40,200 nucleotides of DNA from Perkinsus chesapeaki ATCC PRA-425 (taxonomy: Eukaryota > Protista > Perkinsozoa): positions 1 to 40,200 of the forward strand of contig JAAPAO010000316.1 in the NCBI GenBank assembly GCA_013115145.1, written 5' to 3'. The position numbers and the translations under genes were made by a program. The notes beneath the pieces are model-generated. The model was not told the DNA's origin. It was given only the letters and a program-made list of their open reading frames with translations, and did not search any database. Shown here piece by piece: positions 1 through 11,603 of this stretch (its first letter is position 1; every line of letters begins with the position of its first letter).

Positions 1-73
1 ATAATGATCCTTCAGCGCATTTACTTGCTGAACTGCATTCACTACCAATTGGGCAGTAACCGCCGTAAGACAT
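1..73 (-). CDS. N-terminal fragment of a tandem ABCG paralog (runs off window)
   Basis: Minus strand from ATG at 73 reads MSYGGYCPIGSECSSASKCAEGSL, matching the adjacent ABCG N-terminus (MYLGG...CPIGSNCTVPDVCQEGSL); an AG lies 2 nt upstream of the ATG. Confidence 0.55.
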   Translation of the reverse strand, partial: MSYGGYCPIGSECSSASKCAEGSL

Positions 74-463
74 TCCTATAATGCCGATAATAACGTCGAG
101 AGGAGGAGAATAAACAAACTCCTAAAATCCACACCTGTTCCGCCGGTTGTTCACAAATCGGCAGTCTATCTCATCGCAGCCAGAGTCACTCAAACACAAG
201 TCCCTTAGTAATAATCAAACTGTGTCTCTTTCCTCGAGTCCAACTTTATAGTGCAGCAGGATGATAATAATTATAGCATAAAAAGGATATCATTACCAGG
301 GAACTCAAATGCTGCCACTATACGATGAAGCAACAGCGGGGGAAGGGGGCGAGCCACCAAACTAGTCTACATAAATCTACAGAATGCCTCACATCGACAT
401 CAATATCATACTTCTCAAGGCCCTCCTATTGGCGGCAGACACCCACCGACAAATAAAGGAGAT

Positions 464-3334
464 TTACCGTGAAGTCTCGGTTCTATTGGTGCCATTCTCG
501 CCTGGACTCGATACAGTAGCAGAAACTTCTTTGCCAACCGGAGCTGCGTCCACAGCAATTCCCTGAGGAATTTCCTCGGAGGAGCTTCGCTTCGCCTTCT
601 TGCACTTAAATCTATCCGTCAGCCATCTCAGGTCAGCTTGGCCCCACCACAGCATGAACTCCAACCATGCAAGTGTGAGAAGCCTCCAGGCTAACCCCAC
701 GAATACGAGGACGCAGAAATCTCGAGGAATGTGACTTGTGTTATAATCCAGTTCATCGAACAAATCGACAACTTCATCAATTTGAAGCACGTTACTCGGC
801 AGTGCCATGAATTCCGCCAGACTTAGCAGCTCCACAGAATAGATACCACAACCGAAGTAAGTGGCCCACAACTGGAACGTCTTCAATGACGTTACCGGCG
901 GCGACACACCACCGAACATTGTGACGAATTGAGTAGGAACTATGACCGACAGCAATAGGGCGATCTCAGTAGGGAACACCACCGTTACAAGATGAGCAAA
1001 ACCGGTGACCCACCAAGTGAAACACAGAAAGATACCAAAGCCATGGGCTATGTTATAAGAGGGAGTCGTGACCAGATACCACGTACAAGTGAATATCAAT
1101 GTGACGAGGACATTATCAAACAAATTGACGAAACTCTTCGATAACCAATAAGCGAAGATCGATATGCCAGTCGAAGACTCTCGACCGAATACCAATTTTT
1201 CCTTACCGTACACTTGTAAAGCTCCAGCGCCCACCATAATACCAAAGAACATCAAACCAACCATCTGGTTGTTGGGCACCAAAGTATACTCGGCGTTACC
1301 ACTCACAGTTGCGCCTATGATGACTGCGGCCATGAACGTCAGGGAAAGATCAAGGAAAAGTTGCGGTATAGAGATAAGCTCGATATTTCTATTGGTGAAA
1401 ATTAGGAATTGCTTCCATACAGAGGCAATCTCTCTATCCTTCAATCTGCTACAATCGGGCAACACCATATGGCTCAGAATAGATACCTCCTCCGACGCTT
1501 CCCCGTACATCGCCGCAGCGAAGCTAGCACAAGTTAACGTACTGTGCTCTGCCGCTAGGACCCTATGAAGCTCCTGTGCCTCATCCACCGAACATTCGAT
1601 CTCCAAGATTCTACATAATCTCAGGATATCGTGCCCGGTAAGAAGATGGTCGCAATCGACCCTCAAAGTCTCTGATAGCCTATCACCCAGCTCCTCAGCA
1701 GATTGAACTCGATCACTGTCTGATGAATCCAGCATAGACCCCACTGTCACCGTCATCGTTCCGTGAACTCTCTTATGGGTAAGCTTCGGAGCCCGTCCAC
1801 CCTCCTTCGTTGGATCAGACATCCTATCCACATAGTCATTCCAAGCTTCGAACAACGACTGTGTATCGAAATGACGATCCACCGTACCATCGGGATTGCT
1901 ACGCGGCAGCGCGCCGGTGACAATATCGATGAACCAATCAGCGACATTCTCCCCAGCTGGCAGTTCGAAGCCGAGGTCGGTGAAGTAGTCCTGAATGGCA
2001 TTAGTTCGGCCAAGGTAGACAGTCTTGCCACCTTTGCCTAATAATAGACAATGAGTGAATTGTTTAAATATTGCATATCGTGGTTGATGTATAACACAAA
2101 CAACGGTAATACCCAAAGTTCTCATTCTAGCCAAACATTTAGTAACAGCCATACTAGCAGCTGAATCTAAACCAGATGTTGGCTCATCTAAGAATAATAC
2201 ACGAGGATATGCCACCAATTCAATACCAATATTAACACGTTTCTTCTGTCCACCAGAAATACCTCTTTTCTCGGGCGATCCCACCACAGTATGCCTTATC
2301 TGCTCCAAATCCAAGACCTGGATAACATCCTCCACAATCTTTATTTTAAGCTTCCTAGGCATCTCTCTCGGTAATCGTACCATCGCCGAATACAGAAGAT
2401 TTTGATATACAGTAAGACGATCAAACATAATATCATCTTGCGGTACAAATCCAACTTGTTTAGGATATTCCCCGAAGGTTCCTTCAAACCCGTTGATCCA
2501 TATTCTACCGGTAACATCTCCATATGGTGCCCTATTCGACAACGCATTCATAAATGTTGTCTTGCCTCCACCAGATGGTCCCATAACTGCTACTAGGGAC
2601 CCCGGCGGAAATGTCCCGCTCACATAGTCCAGAATTTTCCGCCCTCCTTTTTTCAAAGTCATTGTTAAATTTTCAAATCGTATGTCCACAGGAGAATACC
2701 TTATATCATTAGTAAATCCTTGCATCTTTTGAGCTTGCAAATACACCCCCGTTAAAGACTGCACCACGCTATTATAAACTTCCGTGGTCCTCTGATGAGC
2801 CACTCCATACCTATTAGACCTGGCAACTCGCCACTTTCTATAGTAATGCAGCCCCAAGGTCAATATCGTTATAACTAGGCCAATAACAACAACAATTAGA
2901 ATACCAAACCACGTAGGAATAACTTTAGAAGATCCATCCGGGCAGAACGCTGACCAGCCGCACTTTCGTGGCTCAGCAAATCCCGCTTGGCACACGTAAT
3001 CTTCCGGACAAAGTATAGGAGTAGCGCCATCTGTCCAAGGACAGTAATACGACTTCGGACACAAAGTCTCTTCCCCTTCATGACAGTAATATCCCTCTCT
3101 TATATTACTCTGATTACATAACGTACAGCTCCCCGTGATGATGTACTTATCAAATAGTGATCCTTCCTGGCAGACATCTGGGACGGTACAATTGCTGCCT
3201 ATGGGGCACACGCCAGACATAATACAAGGTGATAAATGAGGTGTACTGAATCCACCAAGATACATCCCGCTTAAACACAACAAAGCAAAGACTCGATACG
3301 TTAAACCGAAAGGAACACACAGGGTAAAAAGCAA
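464..3334 (-). CDS. ABCG: ABC transporter G family half-transporter with N-terminal Cys-rich domain; intronless
   Basis: Walker A GPSGGGKTT, signature ISGGQKKR, Walker B VLFLDE, H-loop VIHQP; NBD precedes a multi-TM domain; Cys-rich N-terminus plus one TM helix (WFGILIVVVIGLVITIL). The ORF-track start is TTG; the first ATG is at 3265. Confidence 0.93.
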   Translation of the reverse strand: MLFTLCVPFGLTYRVFALLCLSGMYLGGFSTPHLSPCIMSGVCPIGSNCTVPDVCQEGSLFDKYIITGSCTLCNQSNIREGYYCHEGEETLCPKSYYCPWTDGATPILCPEDYVCQAGFAEPRKCGWSAFCPDGSSKVIPTWFGILIVVVIGLVITILTLGLHYYRKWRVARSNRYGVAHQRTTEVYNSVVQSLTGVYLQAQKMQGFTNDIRYSPVDIRFENLTMTLKKGGRKILDYVSGTFPPGSLVAVMGPSGGGKTTFMNALSNRAPYGDVTGRIWINGFEGTFGEYPKQVGFVPQDDIMFDRLTVYQNLLYSAMVRLPREMPRKLKIKIVEDVIQVLDLEQIRHTVVGSPEKRGISGGQKKRVNIGIELVAYPRVLFLDEPTSGLDSAASMAVTKCLARMRTLGITVVCVIHQPRYAIFKQFTHCLLLGKGGKTVYLGRTNAIQDYFTDLGFELPAGENVADWFIDIVTGALPRSNPDGTVDRHFDTQSLFEAWNDYVDRMSDPTKEGGRAPKLTHKRVHGTMTVTVGSMLDSSDSDRVQSAEELGDRLSETLRVDCDHLLTGHDILRLCRILEIECSVDEAQELHRVLAAEHSTLTCASFAAAMYGEASEEVSILSHMVLPDCSRLKDREIASVWKQFLIFTNRNIELISIPQLFLDLSLTFMAAVIIGATVSGNAEYTLVPNNQMVGLMFFGIMVGAGALQVYGKEKLVFGRESSTGISIFAYWLSKSFVNLFDNVLVTLIFTCTWYLVTTPSYNIAHGFGIFLCFTWWVTGFAHLVTVVFPTEIALLLSVIVPTQFVTMFGGVSPPVTSLKTFQLWATYFGCGIYSVELLSLAEFMALPSNVLQIDEVVDLFDELDYNTSHIPRDFCVLVFVGLAWRLLTLAWLEFMLWWGQADLRWLTDRFKCKKAKRSSSEEIPQGIAVDAAPVGKEVSATVSSPGENGTNRTETSR

Positions 3335-3361
3335 GCCTAATAATTCTAGAGGTTCACTGGC

Positions 3362-6300
3362 CTATTCAGTCGATTCCTTCTCAGGTGGATCAACCCACAT
3401 ACCCTCCGATTTAATCAAATCAACCAATACCTGACACCAACACCTACACTTAACCAGAACAACGCCAATTCGAGCGTGACTTGGAATTGTGAAAGGCTAA
3501 AGGTCGAATACTTATTATCAGCGAAAGAGTAACAAACGGAACAGTCAACTAAGAATCATTGCTTATCAGATTATCTTGTCCAAACAACACTCTTGACATA
3601 ACATCATTATAAGAATATATCAGCCAATTCATCAGCCATGCCGCCGCCGCCCTCCCAAACCGCAACCCTTTAATATTACATCCTCCGCAATATCGAAATC
3701 CACTGCTCTCCTCACACACTCTTTACCTATTAAACACAATACTGTCAGCACCCACATGAGAGTGGTTCCTACCAACATACAAGTCCACCTTTCCCGGTAA
3801 ACTACCAACATATCCAAAGTCAGCATCTGCCATCTCACCAGGACCATTCACTACACATCCCATAACAGCAATACGCAATCCAGAGAGATGTCCAGTTCTA
3901 AACAGGGATAGAGCTTCCAACTCAGCGCCTATATACTCTATCCTCAACCACACATAACAATGCCAGCCCCATTAAAGCTTATGAATCACGTTAAACGTGT
4001 TTTCTGCTATCAGCCAAATATATAATAACAGCAGCAATCAATCATTAGCCTTCTCCACCAAGCCTCTATTACTTCTTCCTTATCCTCTCTGTTGTATCCT
4101 GTATGTCAAATAATGTCCTACCACAGCTTGGACATGAGATAAATTCCGTCTTGCTTAAACGCATCCGAGAACCCTAAAACATCAACAACACCAATAATAA
4201 TAACAACAACGGGGAAGGCCTTTATATTGAATCATTATTGATGATACGACTATTATACAGTTACGTTAAAGCCAATCTCCGTCAAGCATACAAACTAACA
4301 AGTAAGTTCCACGCAAACGCATGTCGGACGTTTTACCCAACTGGAACGGAAAGGGACGTAGCGAATTCGACACGGAATGATCCAAAGTTGTGCAGCATCT
4401 CTCATCTATATTCGCACGATAGACTATAAAACTATATACCATCGAATTCGGCGGCGCTGAAGAGTCGTCGATCCTTCCTACTACCTGCATCAGGTTAAGA
4501 CTGAGCTCTCGAGACTCCTCGGTACTCAGACCATGGTCATCCCAAAACACACCATCTCCGAGGCCATCAACAAATAAGCCACCGAATTCCGAGGCACCAA
4601 GAATGACAGCTGCATCCGATCCTGGCTCTAAAACAAATAACACTTCCTACCAACCCTCAGCGACACCACTATAAGATGACACTTCTACCCATATTGCTCA
4701 GAACCGAGGGATCGAGTAAATCTAGCACACTCAAAACAGGATGAGCTACACCAATAAAAGCCTTGTTTCGATCTTTACGTGCTCTATTAAGCACATCCCT
4801 CCTCGATATTACAAGGATACGAAATCGATTAAACTACATACTATAATATCCAACTAGGCAGAGCGATAGTTCTAGTCCACTGTAACAGTTGTAGGATCCC
4901 ATCGATGATGATCAAACTCACCCGCATGAGATGATCCTTCTGGATAAGTAAACCACAAAAGGAGCGGCAATCTCGACTTCCGAACAGCCTTGGCGACTTG
5001 CCTTCCAGCGTGAACACGGCAAGATGACTCTGGCTTGAATATTAAAAATCGAACTGATGCCTGACAGAAACCTTCGAAGGACTGAGGATGCCTGTCATCA
5101 GAAGTGACAGTCTCAGCGTTGTGTAATAACCAACAACAACGTTCATGACCGAATACAACGTCTAACCCACTGATTGAAGAATTCACACTGGTGAGGTTTC
5201 CTCAACGAACTACCAAAGAGACTATCAGAGGTATAAATTATTATAACACGCCATACATTTGAGTGATATTCTACAACATGAACGGCGACGACACAAAAAC
5301 TGTCTACCAATTCGGCCGGCTACCAACGGTCCCTCCTACCTTATTAGAATGTTTAAGTATCTTCTCAACATCCTCCGCACTTCTAACAACACACGCGCAG
5401 CCACCAGCACGAGCCGGATTAACAGAATCCAATCCAGATGGATCCATCACCAACAACTGCCATACATACCGTCACTGCGCCACGAAATTCTCCACCCCTT
5501 ACCGTATTGCCAGGCATAATTTCCTTATCGCTCAGAATGACAGCGCCACTCGCTTGTATCGCTTCCAGTACTGGGATATCCCTTTCGCTGGCTTTGTCTA
5601 CCAGAACCACATCAACAGACGCAACGTCTTTCTGATAGCGACCGTCCTTCCGAAGCTTCAATCCTAGTCCAGTGGCTAAAACCCAACATCGTCATCAAAC
5701 AAATGATTGACCCTGGTTCGATCCCGGCACTACTCATATATTCCTTCATATTTTTCTTGGCTGCCTTTGGATCATATCGCAATAGCAAAGTGCCATCTTT
5801 GTGCAAAGGGGCCTGACAATGGAAACATCAGCAATCCACTGGATACCAACAATACCTCCATCAATGCAGGGAACAAGTAGTACAATTGAATATAAAGCGT
5901 ATTATTAATATTACTATGAAATACCAAGGATACTGCAGCACACTCCCCACTGATTTTGATACTCTAGCCTCGACTCTATCGACTTCAAAATTAAGAAGCA
6001 TAAAAGTAATTCTGCGCGCTCATCGATTTCACAAATCTCACAGCCAACTAGACAACACCACTTAGGTGTAGACTACTTTACCATTCATCATCATACTTGC
6101 AGATATCTGTGATTAATATCGATCCAGAAAGTATAGCATCGACATAGACCAGCCACATATCTTATAATGCTGCTGTTAGCGTACGCCTCAAAGACCATTG
6201 CGAGTGTCGATTCTACACACACCCGACTCCGCCGACCGCCCCACTGTATTACATCGATGGCACTAGTGTCAATCTCACGCCTCTCAAAATGATAGGGATT

Positions 6301-9300
6301 CACAATAGCAGCGGCAGCACCAGCTGGTGACAAACCCATACCGCTCTTTCCTACAATCTTAGCTGGTCTAGCTTCAAGAGAACTCTCATAGACATCACGT
6401 AACGCTGAGCACGGTCCAGCCTGACGCGAAGAAAAATGCCCAAACCGAGGATCGAACCCGGGACCTATGACTTACCTCATACCACGGATCTTCAGTAAGG
6501 CTAACTCGTACAGTGTCGCCTAAACCATCTTGCAGCAGTGCGCCAATACCAATACCAGACTTAATCTGATATTGAGATACAAAGTGGAACTCTGCTGAGA
6601 TGTTGGCGGACAAAACACAGTTGATGAACACCAACCGATACATTTATAAACTATACGATAATGATGAAAGCAAGAATTATAGAAAGCATTAAGATAAGGT
6701 ATACGCAGTAGAAATGCCAGCGAGTATGTAAACAAGAAATCAATGATATATCTATTCAGAATCACCATGATTGGGCAATTGAGGAGGACACATTAATCAA
6801 AAGGGATAATGAAAAGATAAGCCAAAGATATATTATTTGATATGAACAAATATTCATACACTACCCCTCCCCTCCACCACCAGCAGCAGCAGCAGTATTA
6901 CCCTTCCATCCGATCCTCCACCTGCCTCAGTAACCCCCAAATGAAGTGGATAATCCCAACCACGCTTCTAGAATAACAACATAAGAATGAATCTAATAAG
7001 TTGGGACTCACCTTCATCTCAGCAGCAAGTAGCCTATAAGCTGCCACCATGACACGCGTATTGGAGGACTGAGATAACAATACTACCTCAGACTACTTCA
7101 GCAATATTAAACTTGACAAGACGTCTGGATACTTCCTTACGGCCAACGACGGAATATGCAATAGGGATGAAAAAGCGACAAATTAGCACTAGTGATCTCG
7201 ATACCGACAACAGTCTTTTTGTCGAGGTAAAAAGCAGAGGAATTATTCCAATTCGACGCATGATCCAACCTCGAAAGCCAAACCACTGGTTGGCTACCAA
7301 AGCAGGTGTCTCGTAGTCACTATAACATACAAGATACAGATGTATGAACAATATAATAAATAATTCTGTGAAATAATACAGTAATTAAGTTTGTTTCAAT
7401 TGCTATGTAAAATATAGTATATATGATAAGATAATATCCAAACCTTATAAATTAACATAACCCTCACGCTTTACTACCTTCATACTAAATATGATATCAT
7501 GGAAGTCCAAAGCACGGCACATGTTACCAACCTCTAAAGCACTAGCCACCATACCCTACATGCACAATACCACCAATACACACTATCAATGCTACTACTA
7601 CCTCTGGCGTATCACCGTACTGGGTAAGGATACGCTCAGATAGACTGCCATGATTTACCCCAATCCTCATGCACTTTCCTTGGCGCTTTAAAGACTAATA
7701 TCAAGAGACAATGATAATATTATCATCCAAGAGAATGGCAAGTTTACATTAACTAGAGGCTCCAACTTCTCAAACATCTCTTCTTGCCACTGAGCGGCTA
7801 TCTCGGGAGTAACCTGACGAGGTAAATAATAGACCATATACGTAGGTGCATTCGACTTGAAATATTCGGGGAAATAGAGTAATTTTATAGCTACCAAACA
7901 ATCACAAACTTCTAAGTCCCTTTCTAGTGGAAATCCACATTCACCATGCGACCTTAGTACCGACCTAAGGCCAGCTAAAGCTATATAAGACAGCAACCAT
8001 AACCCTAATTGTTCCACCAATAACAATGGTCAAAAGTACACAATATTGCTACTCCAGTTGACCTACCTCAGTAACCTTCCCAAAAGTCTTCATTCCATCA
8101 ATAAAATTGCCTGGGTTAATACGTATCTTATCACACCCTTCAGCCGCTAACATAGCAACCTATTAATAACAACAACACTCATAGATACCATCCACGACCT
8201 TTGGCATTACCTTTGGCTTGAAATGTATATCAGCTACAATAGGTGTGGTATAACCATCCTTAAGCAGCTTATCTTTTATCAATTCTGAAAGACCAATATA
8301 ATCCACTAGACGTCACAACTCATATACTTGTGGCTCGGGCCTCCTTAATTCCTTGGACAGTTACACGAACTATATCAATACCAGCATCGGCACATCTGAC
8401 GGAAAGATGAGGAGTTGAAATGATATCACCTTCACTCACTTTTCTATCTGCTCTACGGTGGCATCAACGTCATCAGTACCTAGTTCGAAATATCCGAGCT
8501 TGAAGCGTGCATGATACGAACTAGCTTACTGCTATTCGTCATAGTCTGTAGAGCTAATCTGTGTTCACTTCCTACTGGGACATTTCCAACCTAATTCACT
8601 CCAGTTCGTACAATCTTTCCACCCTCTCCACCCACCATAACAGTTCGAGTCTTTCTGCGAACTGGATGATCGATCCCATCACAATAGGGAAGATCTTCGA
8701 CTGCCATAATCGGACCTGGACGACACACGTCTCTACCATACGTTAATCAAAATATCGAAGCCACGCCTGATTGAGCATTCCTTTTAACGCTATGCTCCTG
8801 CGTATCGAGCATGGGTCAACCTAAGATATTTCGCCACAGATCCAGAGAATCCACGAATTACAGTTTTTCATATAATCCTATTAAATCGTCGAAATATACC
8901 AACGCCTATTTTACCTGGATCAAATCGGCCCACTGCGCTCCTTGCTATTCCAGCAGCCCTCCGAGGCATCCTATCTTTGCTCTTCCTCCTGTGAACTCCA
9001 GCAGCCAATAATGACGCCAAAGCAATACCGACCGCCAGGATGCCCAGGGGCTGGTAGTCGGTCAGGGAGGTGGGGGATGATGAAGAGTGAGAGGCCCTGG
9101 CAGTTACACTAGAACGGAGGAGAGTTGATGATCTGAAAAGGAGGTGAACTTGATGCAAAGAGGAGAGAACGGACGCAGTGAAATACGGTACAGCAATTAT
9201 GATAGACAAAATACTATATAACAACAAGTCAAAATATAAACGATAGAATTGGTAAGATTTATACCCAATCTAATACTAATAATAATCACCTAAACAGCCT

Positions 9301-9529
9301 ACTAATGAAGAAATAGAATAGGAAATATATTACGTGCAACATTGACAGTTCTATCAGCAGATGCTGAGAGCAATAAAGGTAAAGATCGATCTCAGCCTTA
9401 CTTGATGGCTCCTTGATTATTAGTTGATGGCAAAAGAAAGGCTATTGTATAGTTAACCATAACCATTACAGCGATTGCCGCTGCTAACAGTATTGTTAAA
9501 CCACCAAGAGTGTTATGACGCTTAACCAT
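3362..9529 (-). CDS. ispG: HMBPP synthase (IspG/GcpE, MEP pathway), multi-exon, with plastid-targeting leader
   Basis: Hand-spliced exons give [123 protein letters not shown] and last exon [22 protein letters not shown]. The start at 9529 is inferred from a signal-peptide exon. Confidence 0.93.
5715..5736 (+). repeat. Extended B-box / tRNA-3'-end-like motif A
   Basis: GG TTCGATC CCGGC ACTACTC A; in IspG intron 5676-5733 (last 3 nt overlap the exon), antisense to host. Confidence 0.7.
6437..6461 (-). repeat. Extended B-box / tRNA-3'-end-like motif B
   Basis: CCGGG TTCGATC CTCGG TTTGGGC A then TTTTT; full T-stem preceded by AGGTC; IspG intron 6421-6475, sense. Confidence 0.85.
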
Positions 9530-9790
9530 TGGGGACTAAATGGTAAAGCCCTGAGATGATATAAAACATTAAGTGGAGGTATGATAGGAGACAACAGCAC
9601 GGTCGGGCAAAGCACGCAAGCCACCATGTTGAAGGACAGAGCTTTGAAGAAGAGGATAGGGTTATAACGACATACCGGCAATGTTGCGTCATGATGAAAA
9701 TAAACACGGTTAATATTAATCACTCGGAACACAACGGTAACAACACAAAAAAACGTACTCGCGCAAGGTACGCAATTAATGTTGTAAAAG

Positions 9791-9812
9791 TGGATATGCC
9801 GGGGATCGAACC
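9791..9812 (-). repeat. Extended B-box / tRNA-3'-end-like motif C
   Basis: GG TTCGATC CCCGG CATATCC A then CTTTT; intergenic, upstream of IspG. Confidence 0.8.
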
Positions 9813-10055
9813 TGAGCGAGGATTCCAGCCCATTATACATCTCGCTCGCCAGATATTGAGGTTTCGTACCGTCACTGTCGAAGCAACGCATAAGTATCTT
9901 GTGTTGTATTTATCAGAAATAGTATAATTGCTAGGGTCCATTAAGAGAAGGAGCTACTGGAGTAGCAAGCCTTTAGTGCTTCAACTCAAAGAGACGAGAC
10001 GGCACTTTCGAGCTGATACAGATTCCCACAATAGGCTTAACATTCACTCTGTTTA

Positions 10056-11036
10056 ATGTTAATGGTCTGCCGACGTATTATTACAACTTGGCATTTGTTA
10101 GCCAATTTCGGTGTTGTTCAAGCCAGAATCAAATCGCCCAAAGATCATCTACCGCTGGGCACTTACTCACCGGCATCTATGGAGCAAGGGTTATCACAAT
10201 GCATAAGCTCAGCAAGCCTGGAGATATACCGCGGAAAGCTACCTGACGATCGCTTCGTATCACTCATTATAGACGGCAATCGCATAGTCGATGGCGTATC
10301 ACCAACACTGTACGATTCCAAAGACCTCCCCATTAACGCGCGCGGCAACAAGGCATGCTACTCGGTGACCGATCAAGCTAAGCATGCCAGAAGGTTGCAC
10401 AAGTTACTACTTAAGAAATGTGGTGTTCATTACGGCTTGACTATGCCCCCTGAGATTGTCCTATGTATCCCCAGGGAACCACTGGGCACAATGACCATTT
10501 ACCTCAACGGCAAGAAACTTTGGAAAGATGAAATTAAATCACTGGACCTTGGTATAACGTTCCCATTGCCTTCCGAAGCGCCAACGGTGCCTCGCGAGGT
10601 TGATAAGAGACCACCGTCATCGTTGATGGCCAGGAAAAGAAGTATTGAGAATCCCGCAGAGGGTCATACACAGGACGCCAGTCGGCAGTATCATCCCCCT
10701 TATAAGAAGACAAAGAAGGATGAACACAACACTATACGAGATGGGCGTTACCATGGTGTTGTTGAAGACGATAATGACATAACAGTAAACGCGCAAATAA
10801 GATCGAATGGCACTCACCAGTTTATGGATGCGATGTCGAGCATTAAGGGAGCCGCAGTAGCCATGATTTTAGATGCTAGGATCGTCAAAGCCGCCGACTA
10901 CAACACAACGGGCTACTTCAAATTAGGCGCAGAATCGTCTCCGCTACGCATAAAAAAAGACCCGGGCAACCCGCAATCACTGCTAGTGTACAATGGAGAA
11001 GTTTTAATGTATCACCTTCATCCTGAGGTACCGTAG
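10056..11036 (+). CDS. Intronless hypothetical protein, 326 aa, possibly secreted
   Basis: Long uninterrupted ORF with ATG start, weakly hydrophobic N-terminus and no recognisable domain; the only plus-strand gene seen. Confidence 0.65.
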   Translation: MLMVCRRIITTWHLLANFGVVQARIKSPKDHLPLGTYSPASMEQGLSQCISSASLEIYRGKLPDDRFVSLIIDGNRIVDGVSPTLYDSKDLPINARGNKACYSVTDQAKHARRLHKLLLKKCGVHYGLTMPPEIVLCIPREPLGTMTIYLNGKKLWKDEIKSLDLGITFPLPSEAPTVPREVDKRPPSSLMARKRSIENPAEGHTQDASRQYHPPYKKTKKDEHNTIRDGRYHGVVEDDNDITVNAQIRSNGTHQFMDAMSSIKGAAVAMILDARIVKAADYNTTGYFKLGAESSPLRIKKDPGNPQSLLVYNGEVLMYHLHPEVP

Positions 11037-11094
11037 GAATACAAGTATGTTCTACCGATACTATCGGGTTAATAACCTTATTCGTTAGTATTGG

Positions 11095-11237
11095 TATATC
11101 GTATTCTTATTAATACATATTGTTATTATTAATATATCGTATCCTTATTAATACATATTGTTATTATTAATATATCGTATTCTTATTAATACATATTGTT
11201 ATTATTAATATATCGTACTCTTATTAATACATATTGT
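11095..11237. repeat. 38-bp AT-rich minisatellite, ~3.8 copies
   Basis: Unit tatatcgtattcttattaatacatattgttattattaa starts at 11095, 11133, 11171 and 11209 (partial), with single substitutions. Confidence 0.97.
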
Positions 11238-11319
11238 AATTGTTGTTCATTGTGGCACTAAATTTATCAGTTGACTACATCAGAAAGCGAGCTTTTGTTA
11301 AGTCATGTCAAGCGACTCT

Positions 11320-11341
11320 GGTTCGATCCCTGGTGAGAACA
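11320..11341 (+). repeat. Extended B-box / tRNA-3'-end-like motif D
   Basis: GG TTCGATC CCTGG TGAGAAC A; intergenic. Confidence 0.8.
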
Positions 11342-11603
11342 ACGTACAGACTACGACAGGGCTGACAGCAGTACCGGTCGTTCCACTAGCCCAGCCCCGG
11401 TACTAATCGACCGACTACCACTCTTGCCGAAGGATTCATCAACAATTTGAGTTACTATATAATCGGTGTAGCTTGACCTTTGAAATGTGTCTTAGTAACG
11501 GCTGAACACGAGTATTATGTATCCCAGAAACATCCTATTGGGTGGTATGTTCCACTTTTGGTATTTTGGAAAAACTACGACAGCATTAAATTTGATTGGC
11601 ATC

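Noticed and set aside
3334-3364. IspG last exon is in frame with the ABCG ORF, separated by one TAG (possible readthrough fusion)
   Set aside because: Frame coincidence is 1 in 3, the gap is only 9 codons, and a plastid enzyme-transporter fusion has no rationale.
4700-4722. CTCGATCCCTCGG-like and GGATGAATCCCGG-like strings (also 22165-22185, 25622-25640)
   Set aside because: They fail the core consensus and appear to lie in coding exons.
9791-9870. Complete tRNA gene at motif C (ends ...CATATCCA), and likewise at the other motifs
   Set aside because: No complementary 5' acceptor strand, D-arm/A-box or anticodon arm upstream or downstream, so neither intact nor permuted tRNA genes are supported.
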